This document shows, one piece after another, positions 29,148 to 38,394 of a DNA stretch of 64,000 nt (its first letter is position 1; every line of letters starts with the position of its first letter). Where the stretch lies: contig DATDVR010000008.1 of the NCBI GenBank assembly GCA_035289925.1, forward strand, positions 849-64,848. The letters run 5' to 3'. The stretch comes from Candidatus Nanoarchaeia archaeon. GTDB lineage: Archaea > Nanobdellota > Nanobdellia > SCGC-AAA011-G17 > DATDVL01. The position numbers and the translations under genes are program-made. Below the pieces are notes generated by a model. It did no database searches. It was not told the DNA's origin and saw nothing but the letters and a program-made list of their open reading frames with translations.

Positions 29148-29495
29148 CTAAACAAACCTAAATTTCTCATTAATCTTAAACTTATCCCCAACCCCTTTCT
29201 TTACTTCTATAATATACTTAGCAGCTTTCCTAGGGGCAGAAAACAAACTAAAGGGTTTTACATTCTTCTTCATATCAACTATTTTTTTATTCTTATCAAG
29301 CCATATCACATCTATTGGAAAAAACACAAATAGCATGTCAATTGTAGAGTCAATTATGCTTTCATCTTTACCTTCAATCAAGACTGCTTCATTCTCCTTG
29401 AGCTGCTTGCTGAACCTTAATCCAATAAAAGATTTTATGCCATTGCAGACCTTTACATTGTCTATTACAAGTTTATTTCCAGAATATATTTTCAT
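29148..29495 (-). CDS. DUF192 family protein
   Basis: 115 aa. The pattern GLRF....EAVL......IDMLFVFFPIDVIWLDKNKKIV...A.YIIEV..G fits DUF192 (COG1430). Its ATG overlaps the pilin stop (ATGA). Confidence 0.6.
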   Translation of the reverse strand: MKIYSGNKLVIDNVKVCNGIKSFIGLRFSKQLKENEAVLIEGKDESIIDSTIDMLFVFFPIDVIWLDKNKKIVDMKKNVKPFSLFSAPRKAAKYIIEVKKGVGDKFKINEKFRFV

Positions 29496-29941
29496 TCTAC
29501 TTCAGCTTCTAATTTGCCATAACTTATATGGGGGCTTCCAGAGCTTGTATAGCTTATCTTAAGCCTTGAAGTTATTTTCTCTCCGCTTTCAGAAGATATC
29601 GCGCATGTGAATGAAAGCTTTTCCTCTTCACCATCATTCAATCCAGAAGAAGCAGCCTGTAATACGTTGTCGCACGGTCCTCCATCAGATTCAAAAGTGA
29701 TGTTGAACTCTGTCAGGTCATATCCTAATCCGTTTCTTACTACAATATCAGCACTGCTTGTAGCTACTCTGAATCCAACGCAGTCTAATCCTATTGTTAA
29801 GCTGCACGATTCAGGCTTGAACTTGCTGAAGTCAAGAACGCCGAAATAATAGATTGCTGCAACAGAAGCCATTATCGCAACTATAACCCATCCATAAGTT
29901 GCCATGTACTCCAAGGCAGCTTGTCCTTTTTTGCTGTTCAT
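29492..29941 (-). CDS. archaeal type IV pilin (class III signal peptide)
   Basis: The N-terminus is MNSKKGQAALEYMATYGWVIVAIMASVAAIYYFGV, which is a QxSxExxxL-type motif. The C-terminal domain has two Cys pairs, like the pilins at 39924-41335. It shares the same AAGGTGATAAATCATG initiation region. Confidence 0.8.
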   Translation of the reverse strand: MNSKKGQAALEYMATYGWVIVAIMASVAAIYYFGVLDFSKFKPESCSLTIGLDCVGFRVATSSADIVVRNGLGYDLTEFNITFESDGGPCDNVLQAASSGLNDGEEEKLSFTCAISSESGEKITSRLKISYTSSGSPHISYGKLEAEVE

Positions 29942-30369
29942 GATTTATCACCTTTATTTTGCTTTATATCTTTAATTTCCTTGATTAGCTTTTTGCATTT
30001 ATCTATGGCAGGTATTGCTGTCTCAAAATCCATTCTGTTGCCGTAGTAAGTTAATGAATTTATTTTATATCCTACATCATCAAAGATAACATACAAGTCA
30101 TTCCTCTTAAGGATGTCTCTGATATAATACCCAAGGCATAATTGGTTCAATACAGCATATCCCTCCCTGATAACTAAGGCCTGCAATAATTCCAGCAAGG
30201 AAGTGTAATAATCTTCAAATACAAAATTACAATTTTTCTCATCTATTTCTCCTATTATTTTTATCCTTTCTTCTGCTGTTTCAATCAGAGATTTTGCCCT
30301 TTCCAAGTCTGGAGATACTTTTTTTGCAGAGTTGCTTTCTATACAATCGCTCCATGATGCTTCTTTCAT
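29938..30369 (-). CDS. HEPN-like protein (partner of the nucleotidyltransferase)
   Basis: 143 aa and all-helical. It overlaps the upstream MNT gene by 4 nt. I could not find a clear Rx4-6H motif by eye. Confidence 0.5.
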   Translation of the reverse strand: MKEASWSDCIESNSAKKVSPDLERAKSLIETAEERIKIIGEIDEKNCNFVFEDYYTSLLELLQALVIREGYAVLNQLCLGYYIRDILKRNDLYVIFDDVGYKINSLTYYGNRMDFETAIPAIDKCKKLIKEIKDIKQNKGDKS

Positions 30370-30899
30370 TTAAACACCTCTAAAAAATTATTTAAGGTTA
30401 TGCCATTTATGATGTTATTAGCAAGGTGCTTATTTGAAATTTTATTTATATCATTATAAAGAAATATCTGGATTTTCCTTCTAAGGAATTTCTCAAATTT
30501 TTCGAGATTTACATTTTTTTTAGATGGAGTTTCTATATATAAGTCTAGATCGCTTGTCTCTGTATCTTCTCCTTTGGCATAAGAGCCAAAAACAACAATA
30601 ACAGGATTGCTTAAGGCCTCTTTTAGATAATCAATAATCCCAGAGCAATGGATTTGCTTTATGTTGTAAGACCTTTTTTCCAGCAAGTATTTGAGATTTG
30701 TCCTGTCAGCAGTATAAAAGATGACATTTCCCGTTCTTGCTATTTTAATAATTCCTTCTTTTTCTAATTCCTTGCAGTACCTGATTACAGAAGGCAGAGA
30801 AAGCTTTAGTGTTCTTTCTATCTCCCTTACCCTCAGCTTGGCAGTCGGGTTAAGGAAAAAATACTTTTGAATTATTGTCTTGATATTTTTTAGTTTCAT
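30366..30899 (-). CDS. winged-helix + minimal nucleotidyltransferase (MNT) protein
   Basis: The N-terminal wHTH is LRVREIERTLKLSLPSVIRYCKELEKEGII. The NTase motif is GSYAKGEDTETSDLDLYI. Confidence 0.75.
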   Translation of the reverse strand: MKLKNIKTIIQKYFFLNPTAKLRVREIERTLKLSLPSVIRYCKELEKEGIIKIARTGNVIFYTADRTNLKYLLEKRSYNIKQIHCSGIIDYLKEALSNPVIVVFGSYAKGEDTETSDLDLYIETPSKKNVNLEKFEKFLRRKIQIFLYNDINKISNKHLANNIINGITLNNFLEVFK

Positions 30900-30977
30900 T
30901 TGGTAATATATAATATCAATTGATATTTAAAGTTATCTGTATGCATTCTAGCTAATAGGATATAATAAAATAGAAAT

Positions 30978-33900
30978 TTATTGGCAAACCTCAGTAGCTA
31001 TAACATCATCTACTTCTGGAGCTAAGCTTAAATTAATTGTTTCCATGAATAACTTATACTGCAGGTAGGTATTGTTTGCAATGTTTGAAGTTATGGCAGC
31101 AGGAGAAGATGTATAATTTCCTATGAAGCTTTCTCCAGAGCAGCTTAAATCATCACAGGTTCTTAATTGCAGGCTTGCCTTTGTATAGCCTGCCTTGTAA
31201 AGTTCATAAATCTCATTGTTTGACAAAGACCTTTGCCATATCCCTATCTCATCCAGAGTTCCATCAAGGAAAATATCTCCAGTAGCATCCAAAAAGTCAT
31301 ATCCCAATGTTATTGCAGAAGGATTGTCACATATCTGCTGGGTTGTGGTGTTTGACTGAGCAACATTATTGATGAAGAGTTGTCCAAGGCTGTTTTCCAC
31401 CCTATAAACTAGATGATACCATTGGTTAGAATTGACTGTCAAATCAGAGTATTTTTGGGCTGATACAGTATTACATGATTGCCTAAATGCAAATTTATTA
31501 AGCACATTGTCATAGTAGACTTTCCAGCCATCTTCTGAGTTAAAACTTAAGTCCCTTATTATTCCATATCTATCTGAAAGAGTGTCAAAATTAACCCATA
31601 AGGAGACTGTGAAGTTGTTGCTTAAGTTCAAGTTTGATGCTGTTATGTTTAATATGTCGCTTGAGTTGAAGTTAAATGCTCCATATAGCTTGCCATTATT
31701 AATAAATGCTGGGCAGTTTGGACTGATGCAGACTGCATTATATCCATTGCCAGTATGATCATAAACAAATGTAGTGTTCTCTCCAAAGCTTGCATTATTG
31801 TTCAAATGTAAAAGCATAGCAAGGTTAGAGTTGTTATAATTTCCAATTTCCCAGGAATTGTTTAAGAAACTAGACCAATAAACTTTGCTCCAGATAGTGT
31901 TGTTTTGGATATGGCCAAATACCTTGCTTGTGTAATCTCCATTAGGGTAAGACAAGTTAAGCTGGTTGTTATAGATAGTGGATATTTCGCTTGCTGTTAA
32001 GCTTCTATTAAACATAAACAACTCGTCCATCTCTCCGTCAAATAAATTTGCTCCGCCGGCTGTTGAAGAGCCAATGAACAAGTTTCCAGTTCCAGAAGCT
32101 ATATTTCCAGCGCCTGTCGGGCAGGTATTATTGTTCTTTCCATTCCAATAAACTTTCAAATTACCCCCTTCTTTAACGCAAGAAATATGATTCCAGCTTC
32201 CAGCTGTTGTATAGCCAGAAGGCAAAGTGGTATCACAAAGCTTATTTACTCCAGCAACCCTCACCATGCATCTATATTGGTCTATTGCAGATTCCAGCCT
32301 TATATGATAAGCATTAACAGTGCCGCTGTGTTTGTTTAGAACATATTTGTCTCCTGCTGCAGTAAGCTCAAAATCAGGGTTAATCCAAGAGCCGAAGCTG
32401 ATGTTGCCGCCAACATACCTTATCTTTCCAAATTCATTGATTGTTAAAACATCCCCAATTCCATCAAAGTCTCTTGATTTATCTATTTTAGCAGTATTTG
32501 TAACAGAAGGACAGCTAGGAGGGCTACAGGTTGCATTGTCAAATCCAGCGTAATTCTTAACTAAAGTTGTATTTTCACCTTCAGAAGATAAATTGTTGAA
32601 ATGCAATAAAACTGCCAGTTCATTCAAGCTGACTAAATTAGAGTTTATTTCTAATAGACTTTTATTAAGCATTAATATTCCAGAAGCATTTGCTATAGTC
32701 TGATTATAGGTTCCTAAATCCCAGTCTGATTTGTTTGTTGTGTTGATTAGATTTTCGCAAACTGCTGCGCTAGAAGTTACATAATAAGCTTCAAAATTAG
32801 ACAAGTTTAAAGTTCCATTTGTGTCTGAGCTGAATTTAAGGGTTATATTGCAATATCCTTGAGCATCTGCAACACAATTATCGATTGCACTTTGCAATGT
32901 AGATTCGTAATTTTCAATATATTCGCTGCCTGAAAGGTAACCTGTTCTGTTCCATACATTAGTATTTTCAACATACATTTTTAAGTTTGAAACTGTAGTT
33001 CTTATTGTAACATTAGAAGAGCTGACTTCAGTTCCGTTTGTTAATCCATCGCTAGGCATGATTGTACAATACCATTTGTCATTTAAGCTTAAGTTTCCTT
33101 TTGCCAGAGTTTCATAATTTAAATTTTGATTAACACCATTTTTAAACCACTTATATGTAGATCCTTTTTCTGAATAATTAAATATTGAATGATAGGTGTA
33201 ATTACATAATAAATCATCGCCTAAATTAGGGATAGATGGTAACACAGAAACATTACCAACTGAGGTAAGATCAATTCCTGCAATTAAAGTTAGAGTTACA
33301 TTTAAGCTTGGATAATATTCAGGAGTTGCTGTTTCTTTTGAATGAACGTTAAAGTGGGGACTATTAAAGTTCTCTCGCAAATCCATTAAGAAAGTGATTG
33401 CAGGGTCACCAGCTTTACAAGAAGAATTAACAGCCTGTGAAACTACTAGTGAAAATGGAGCATTGTTGGATGTTGCACAGATGCTTGTGAAGTTCACAAT
33501 GTTTTTATCTGGCGTAAAAATGTTACTATAGGTCAATGTTTCTTCTCTCCAGGTGATATTGGTGGCATTCCAAACTCTGTATGTAACAGAACAATTATTC
33601 AAATGAGAAACTTTATGCAAAGTTAGGATAGCATTGTTTAGGTTGTAAAGTGAACAATCTACAGAAGAGATATCAAATCTAAAAGTAGAATTAACTATAT
33701 CAGTCTGCATATGGTAAGTTTCAATAACGCTGGCGTTGGCGCAGTAAGTTGTATCAGGAAGTGTATTTTGGACACAAGTATCATCTAATACCTCAGAATC
33801 TGGTTCTTTCAGCTCTATGGTTGTTGAATCAGGACCTACATGAATAACATCTCCAAATTTAGCATCTAAAGTTAGAGTCAAAATTTTGTCTTTAGTATCT

Positions 33901-34349
33901 ATGCTATAGTAATCTAATTTCTTTATATATTTATCAAATTGTTTTTTTGTAAAGTTGAATGAAGTTTCATTTTGCGATACAATGCTTATTGGATATTTAT
34001 CAAAAGACTTAAAATTTTTTAATGAGTCAAAATTATCTTTTGCGTCTGAAGTTAAAGCAACCTCAACTTTTATGGAGGTATAATTATAATCCAAGCATAC
34101 AGCATCAGTAACACCATCTGATTTAACAATGCATTTAACTGGAGAATTTTTCAGAGATTCAGCAGACTCAATAGTTTTCCAACCATTATCATTAACAAAT
34201 CTTATTCCACCATATAGCTCATAGTTAAGCAAGTTGCCATCTTTGGTCATTTTGCTATTGTAAGAATAAGTCTGAGAATTATCTATAGCGTAGCTTATTG
34301 AATTAATTAAACTAAATACCAATATCCAAATAAATATTTTCTTAATCAA
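30978..34349 (-). CDS. giant secreted surface protein with multiple LamG-like lectin domains
   Basis: Has a signal peptide (IFIWILVFSLINSISYA). Two clear LamG_3 motifs are present, FDGEMDELFMFNRSLTASEISTIY and LDGTLDEIGIWQRSLSNNEIYELY. It is sequon-rich and overlaps the upstream gene by 4 nt. Confidence 0.7.
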   Translation of the reverse strand: MIKKIFIWILVFSLINSISYAIDNSQTYSYNSKMTKDGNLLNYELYGGIRFVNDNGWKTIESAESLKNSPVKCIVKSDGVTDAVCLDYNYTSIKVEVALTSDAKDNFDSLKNFKSFDKYPISIVSQNETSFNFTKKQFDKYIKKLDYYSIDTKDKILTLTLDAKFGDVIHVGPDSTTIELKEPDSEVLDDTCVQNTLPDTTYCANASVIETYHMQTDIVNSTFRFDISSVDCSLYNLNNAILTLHKVSHLNNCSVTYRVWNATNITWREETLTYSNIFTPDKNIVNFTSICATSNNAPFSLVVSQAVNSSCKAGDPAITFLMDLRENFNSPHFNVHSKETATPEYYPSLNVTLTLIAGIDLTSVGNVSVLPSIPNLGDDLLCNYTYHSIFNYSEKGSTYKWFKNGVNQNLNYETLAKGNLSLNDKWYCTIMPSDGLTNGTEVSSSNVTIRTTVSNLKMYVENTNVWNRTGYLSGSEYIENYESTLQSAIDNCVADAQGYCNITLKFSSDTNGTLNLSNFEAYYVTSSAAVCENLINTTNKSDWDLGTYNQTIANASGILMLNKSLLEINSNLVSLNELAVLLHFNNLSSEGENTTLVKNYAGFDNATCSPPSCPSVTNTAKIDKSRDFDGIGDVLTINEFGKIRYVGGNISFGSWINPDFELTAAGDKYVLNKHSGTVNAYHIRLESAIDQYRCMVRVAGVNKLCDTTLPSGYTTAGSWNHISCVKEGGNLKVYWNGKNNNTCPTGAGNIASGTGNLFIGSSTAGGANLFDGEMDELFMFNRSLTASEISTIYNNQLNLSYPNGDYTSKVFGHIQNNTIWSKVYWSSFLNNSWEIGNYNNSNLAMLLHLNNNASFGENTTFVYDHTGNGYNAVCISPNCPAFINNGKLYGAFNFNSSDILNITASNLNLSNNFTVSLWVNFDTLSDRYGIIRDLSFNSEDGWKVYYDNVLNKFAFRQSCNTVSAQKYSDLTVNSNQWYHLVYRVENSLGQLFINNVAQSNTTTQQICDNPSAITLGYDFLDATGDIFLDGTLDEIGIWQRSLSNNEIYELYKAGYTKASLQLRTCDDLSCSGESFIGNYTSSPAAITSNIANNTYLQYKLFMETINLSLAPEVDDVIATEVCQ

Positions 34350-37075
34350 TTTGAACCACTCACCTTTATTCTTGAATAAAGTATCGTTGCATTCTTTGGT
34401 AGTCTTACTTGGACTGTCTTATTTTCAGGAGTACTAGTATAAATCAAAGAAGCTTTATTGCCTGTTGTAAAGTTTTCCTGCCTTGTTGAGTTTTCATTAA
34501 ATATTTTTAAGTCAATATATTCAAAATCAGATAGATTGCCATCGCTTACTTCAACTAAAATTGAGTAATTTCCAGTATCATTTGAAGTTGTCTGCCATAA
34601 ACCAGAACCATTAAATTCACCACCATAAGAGTATGTTAAGCTATCTCCATCCTGATCAAATGCTGTCAATTGACCACTTTTATTTATATTAATTAATTCG
34701 CCAGCTATTCCTGTTAAGTTATCCAAAGGAGCTATAACTGGTTGTTTATTTCCGCTTGAAATCAAAGTCAGTAAGGTAATTGGAGATCCTTGTCTTGTTA
34801 CAGCAAGTTCAGCTTTTCTGTCATTGTCAATGTCTCCTATTATTGGAGAATTACCTAAGGTCCCAAGAACACGGTAAGCTTGGTCTAATGTTCCGTCATT
34901 ATTTAGGATTATAACCCCTGTAGTGTTTGCTGCTAGAATATTATAATTACCATCTCCATCTATGTCTGCTATATTTGGTGCTGTTGTTTCAGCAATTGGT
35001 GAATAATCATAGTTCCATTCTTGAGAATCTGTTTTAGGGTCATAAGCCCTAAGGCTTGCAGTGCTAGAACCGCAACTTGTTTCTCCATTAATAACAATTT
35101 CTGGATTTTCGTCAGTATCAAGATTTGCAATAGATGGAGTAACTCTAGGCTCTAAGCTAGAAACAGTTATTTCTGAATTGGAATTGTCGGCAATACATGC
35201 TGTGGCATTTTTTATAATAATTTTATCGAAACAACTGCCAACATTGCAGCTGCAAGTGTGCGTTGCAAATACAATCTCATAATCATTGTCATAATCTATA
35301 TCATAAATTACTGGAGAACCACCAGTTTTTCCTGCACTTACATTACACGATTGACTTAAAATTCCAGAATTATAATTATATACCCTTAAACCATAAAATT
35401 CAGTTATTGCTATCTCTAAATCTCCATCTTCATCTAAATCAGCGATGGCTGGAGCTGAAACCCCCCCTCCATTACTTCCTATGCTAATATTTTTCACTAA
35501 AGTTGCGCTATTCCCGTTGTCATGCAAAATATATAAGTCACCTGGCCAAGTATAATCAACCTCTATTCCATCAATAAAAATTATCTCTTTTACCCCATTG
35601 TTATCCAAGTCTTCAACAGCAGTATATCCTAAATTACCTATCCTGTTGCTCATAGTCATTGTGCTAAATTTAGCAGGAACAGTATAAGTCCAAGCACGAG
35701 TTCCATCAGAATTAAGTTTATATAAGGTACCATTCTCTAAACCAAAGAAGATTTCTAACTTTTTATCACCATATGTATCTGCTAAAGTTGGTGGAGCTAT
35801 TAAAGCGGCGCCTTCAGCCATAAAAGGATTTTTCCACTTTTCACGTGTCTTTGGATTAGGATTAAGAAAAGTCTGACTATCCTTTCCAACAGCATAAATA
35901 TATTTATCCGTATTTTCAGAATTAACAATAATAACCTCCATTCCTTCATTACCATCTATATCTCCCATGGCATATCTGGCTATTGAGCCACTATCCTGCG
36001 GTACATTTTTTACTACAAAGTCCAAATCATTTTTAGAGTTAGTTGAATCAGCATCGCCTTTTAATAATGTAAAGCCTGCTCTTTTATTATCATGATGGTA
36101 TGTTGGCCAAGAATAACTGTTTACAGTATCTAAAAACAATCTGTATAAACCAGCTGTTGCTTTCATTGCATGAGGTATTGTAGCATTTGCTTCCTTGCTT
36201 ACTGTATTAGAAGTTAAACCAACACTGGTATTAACAAAATCGCTACAGGAAGTAAAACCAAAATCTCTCCAAAGATTTGTAGAGCCAGTTCCGCTACAAG
36301 CCCAGTTTTGTGGTGTATCATCTAATTCTCTATATATTGTATTTCCATCTACATCATCACTAGCCCAATACTGAGTTTTTTGTGCTGTATACCAAAACAA
36401 TCTAAATAAATAATCTAATTTATCAGGCTCTACTTTTGACCAATCAAAACTAGAAATTAAATTTTCATAATAATAAGGATTAAAGTTTTTGCCAGTCCAG
36501 TTGTATTGAGATTTTAAAGTATTGAAATTATCACCTGTATAATCTTCTAAAATTGAAGAATCTACAAGCGGAACATGTGGATCTAAAAGTACGTGCGAGG
36601 GTTGAGCAGCATCTTCCAATAAATGAGCAACTCTCCCTAGCCAATAGTAAGATTCATTTATATTACCTTTCAAATAATTGTCAATTATTTTTGTTTTCCA
36701 GAATCCATTGGCTCTTGCCCAACTACTTTGAAATGTTTGACCCAACCCAATATCATAATCACCATAATCTGGAGAGTCTGGTTGCCAGAAATGTCTTAGA
36801 AATCTACCTTCTATTATTGGGAGATCTTCCTCTCTAGAACCATCAATAATGTCGTCACCTTGATTATAACCATTATCTGAAGAAGTTCTAGTAATAGAAT
36901 TAGTAGAATGATTTTTAATCTCAAACGGAATTTGTTCCCAAACAGCTTTTGATTCATTAGTTAAATATTGGTGCACTTCTTCGCCAGATTCAACATTATA
37001 AGCATTTACAATAGGAAAAATCAAAATAAGTAAAACTACAATAAAAAGCAAATTAAAGATTCTTTTATTTTTCAT
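34346..37075 (-). CDS. secreted zinc phospholipase-C-like domain fused to FG-GAP/VCBS beta-propeller repeats
   Basis: The start is taken at the ATG at 37075 (MKNKRIFNLLFIVVLLILIFPIVNA); the ORF track lists a TTG at 37102. The motif WLGRVAHLLEDAAQPSHV matches the H-x3-D-x5-H zinc site of the PLC/alpha-toxin family. There are many D.D.DG repeats (DIDGDGNYNI, ADLDEDGDLEI, GDIDNDRKAEL). Confidence 0.6.
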   Translation of the reverse strand: MKNKRIFNLLFIVVLLILIFPIVNAYNVESGEEVHQYLTNESKAVWEQIPFEIKNHSTNSITRTSSDNGYNQGDDIIDGSREEDLPIIEGRFLRHFWQPDSPDYGDYDIGLGQTFQSSWARANGFWKTKIIDNYLKGNINESYYWLGRVAHLLEDAAQPSHVLLDPHVPLVDSSILEDYTGDNFNTLKSQYNWTGKNFNPYYYENLISSFDWSKVEPDKLDYLFRLFWYTAQKTQYWASDDVDGNTIYRELDDTPQNWACSGTGSTNLWRDFGFTSCSDFVNTSVGLTSNTVSKEANATIPHAMKATAGLYRLFLDTVNSYSWPTYHHDNKRAGFTLLKGDADSTNSKNDLDFVVKNVPQDSGSIARYAMGDIDGNEGMEVIIVNSENTDKYIYAVGKDSQTFLNPNPKTREKWKNPFMAEGAALIAPPTLADTYGDKKLEIFFGLENGTLYKLNSDGTRAWTYTVPAKFSTMTMSNRIGNLGYTAVEDLDNNGVKEIIFIDGIEVDYTWPGDLYILHDNGNSATLVKNISIGSNGGGVSAPAIADLDEDGDLEIAITEFYGLRVYNYNSGILSQSCNVSAGKTGGSPVIYDIDYDNDYEIVFATHTCSCNVGSCFDKIIIKNATACIADNSNSEITVSSLEPRVTPSIANLDTDENPEIVINGETSCGSSTASLRAYDPKTDSQEWNYDYSPIAETTAPNIADIDGDGNYNILAANTTGVIILNNDGTLDQAYRVLGTLGNSPIIGDIDNDRKAELAVTRQGSPITLLTLISSGNKQPVIAPLDNLTGIAGELININKSGQLTAFDQDGDSLTYSYGGEFNGSGLWQTTSNDTGNYSILVEVSDGNLSDFEYIDLKIFNENSTRQENFTTGNKASLIYTSTPENKTVQVRLPKNATILYSRIKVSGSN

Positions 37076-37373
37076 TTTTAAATAACGCATATAAAAATCC
37101 AATTATTCCTCCAATTATTCCATAAAATATAGGATTATAGATAAATCCATAAAAGATAACAAAAAATCCACAGGATTCACCTATTCCAAGTCTAAGTAAA
37201 TTACAAAGCGCTTCATCAGGTACTTTCGAAAATATAGTATAAACTATCACAGGCAATCCTAATTTTTCTCCGAAAAGTACAAAAAATGGAACTTTAAATA
37301 ATCCAAATATCATTCCAATAAATAAACCTTTACCCCAAATAGGGAGTTTTTTCCATCTATCTTTAAGCTTCAC
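37065..37373 (-). CDS. small polytopic membrane protein (GESC motif)
   Basis: 102 aa and hydrophobic. It contains GIGESCGFFVIFY, which resembles GGGGESCWSVFIY in the 37538-37951 product. Its stop lies 11 nt inside the PLC-like gene. Confidence 0.55.
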   Translation of the reverse strand: MKLKDRWKKLPIWGKGLFIGMIFGLFKVPFFVLFGEKLGLPVIVYTIFSKVPDEALCNLLRLGIGESCGFFVIFYGFIYNPIFYGIIGGIIGFLYALFKNEK

Positions 37374-37548
37374 TTTTTAAACCTCCATTTATTTCATTAG
37401 GAGTCTGCTCCCACACTTTTTGGGATTCATTGGTTAGATACTGATGCACTTCCTCACCAGATTCCACAGTATAAGCAAGAGTACTATTTATAATAAATAA
37501 AAGATATCCAATTGTAATTAACAATAATATTCTTTTTTTATTTAACAT
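37363..37548 (-). pseudogene. orphan N-terminal fragment of a PLC-like paralog
   Basis: Translates MLNKKRILLLITIGYLLFIINSTLAYTVESGEEVHQYLTNESQKVWEQTPNEINGG.... This parallels the first ~60 aa of the 34346-37075 product (NAYNVESGEEVHQYLTNESKAVWEQIPFEI) and then stops. It has the same 11-nt overlap with the preceding TM gene. Confidence 0.55.
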
Positions 37549-37951
37549 TTTTATTTTGTATGTAAGCTCCAATTAATAAACCGTATAATCCTAAAGTTAT
37601 TATACTTAAATAAATAAAAACACTCCAGCAACTTTCACCCCCTCCTCCACAACCAATTATATGTCCTATTAATCCGCTTAGAGGGAAAAAAATCAATAAT
37701 AATAAAACCCCAGTTCCATAACTAATAAATCCAAGGAAGGATCCTATGATTAAACCTAAAACAGCACCAAATTTATTTTTCAACAAAAATTCTTTTATAG
37801 ATAAAAATAATAACAATAATCCAATTATTAAAATTATAAATATTGGTATTTGAGTAGATAAATTTCTTTGTGTAGTCCCAGCAAAAAAATAGCTTAATAT
37901 ATCAGCAAACAATATTACAATAAGGGATATCCATAAAAGTTTATTTTTCAT
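37538..37951 (-). CDS. small polytopic membrane protein (GESC motif)
   Basis: 137 aa with about 4 TM segments. It contains GCGGGGESCWSVFIY. Confidence 0.55.
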   Translation of the reverse strand: MKNKLLWISLIVILFADILSYFFAGTTQRNLSTQIPIFIILIIGLLLLFLSIKEFLLKNKFGAVLGLIIGSFLGFISYGTGVLLLLIFFPLSGLIGHIIGCGGGGESCWSVFIYLSIITLGLYGLLIGAYIQNKNVK

Positions 37952-37965
37952 TTTTAGTTCTCCAA

Positions 37966-38394
37966 TTATTCTTTAACAACCTCCATTTCAAAAGAATCAA
38001 AAGCGCGATGATAATCCTCACAGTAATCTAAATCAGGGCATCTATTAAATCTTAAATTAGAAATAACAACTTTGTGATTATTATCTAAATCAACTTTATT
38101 ATTCTCATCTTCTTTATCAGCATAAATTTTAGGATATAGTACCCCATTAATTCTAAACCAGCAGGCTTTCTCTTGTCTATCACAATACAACAAATCTATA
38201 AGATAATTCTTACCATCTAGTTTTATAGTGCCAATTTCTTTATTTGAATTGCTTATTCTTAATTCTTGTTTATAAGGGAGTTTACTATCGATAGAATTAA
38301 ATTTTAGATTAGCAAAGCTTGGGTTATATTTAATGAAATAATCATAAGCAAATACATCATCAACAATCCTTCTATTTCCAACCAATGGAGACAA
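37966..38394 (-). CDS. hypothetical secreted protein; the N-terminus is probably longer than the ORF call
   Basis: The open frame continues upstream to 38580 and encodes a signal-peptide-like KQFNLVALFLLALAIIVVAQS. That stretch has no ATG, GTG or TTG. Confidence 0.5.
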   Translation of the reverse strand: MSPLVGNRRIVDDVFAYDYFIKYNPSFANLKFNSIDSKLPYKQELRISNSNKEIGTIKLDGKNYLIDLLYCDRQEKACWFRINGVLYPKIYADKEDENNKVDLDNNHKVVISNLRFNRCPDLDYCEDYHRAFDSFEMEVVKE

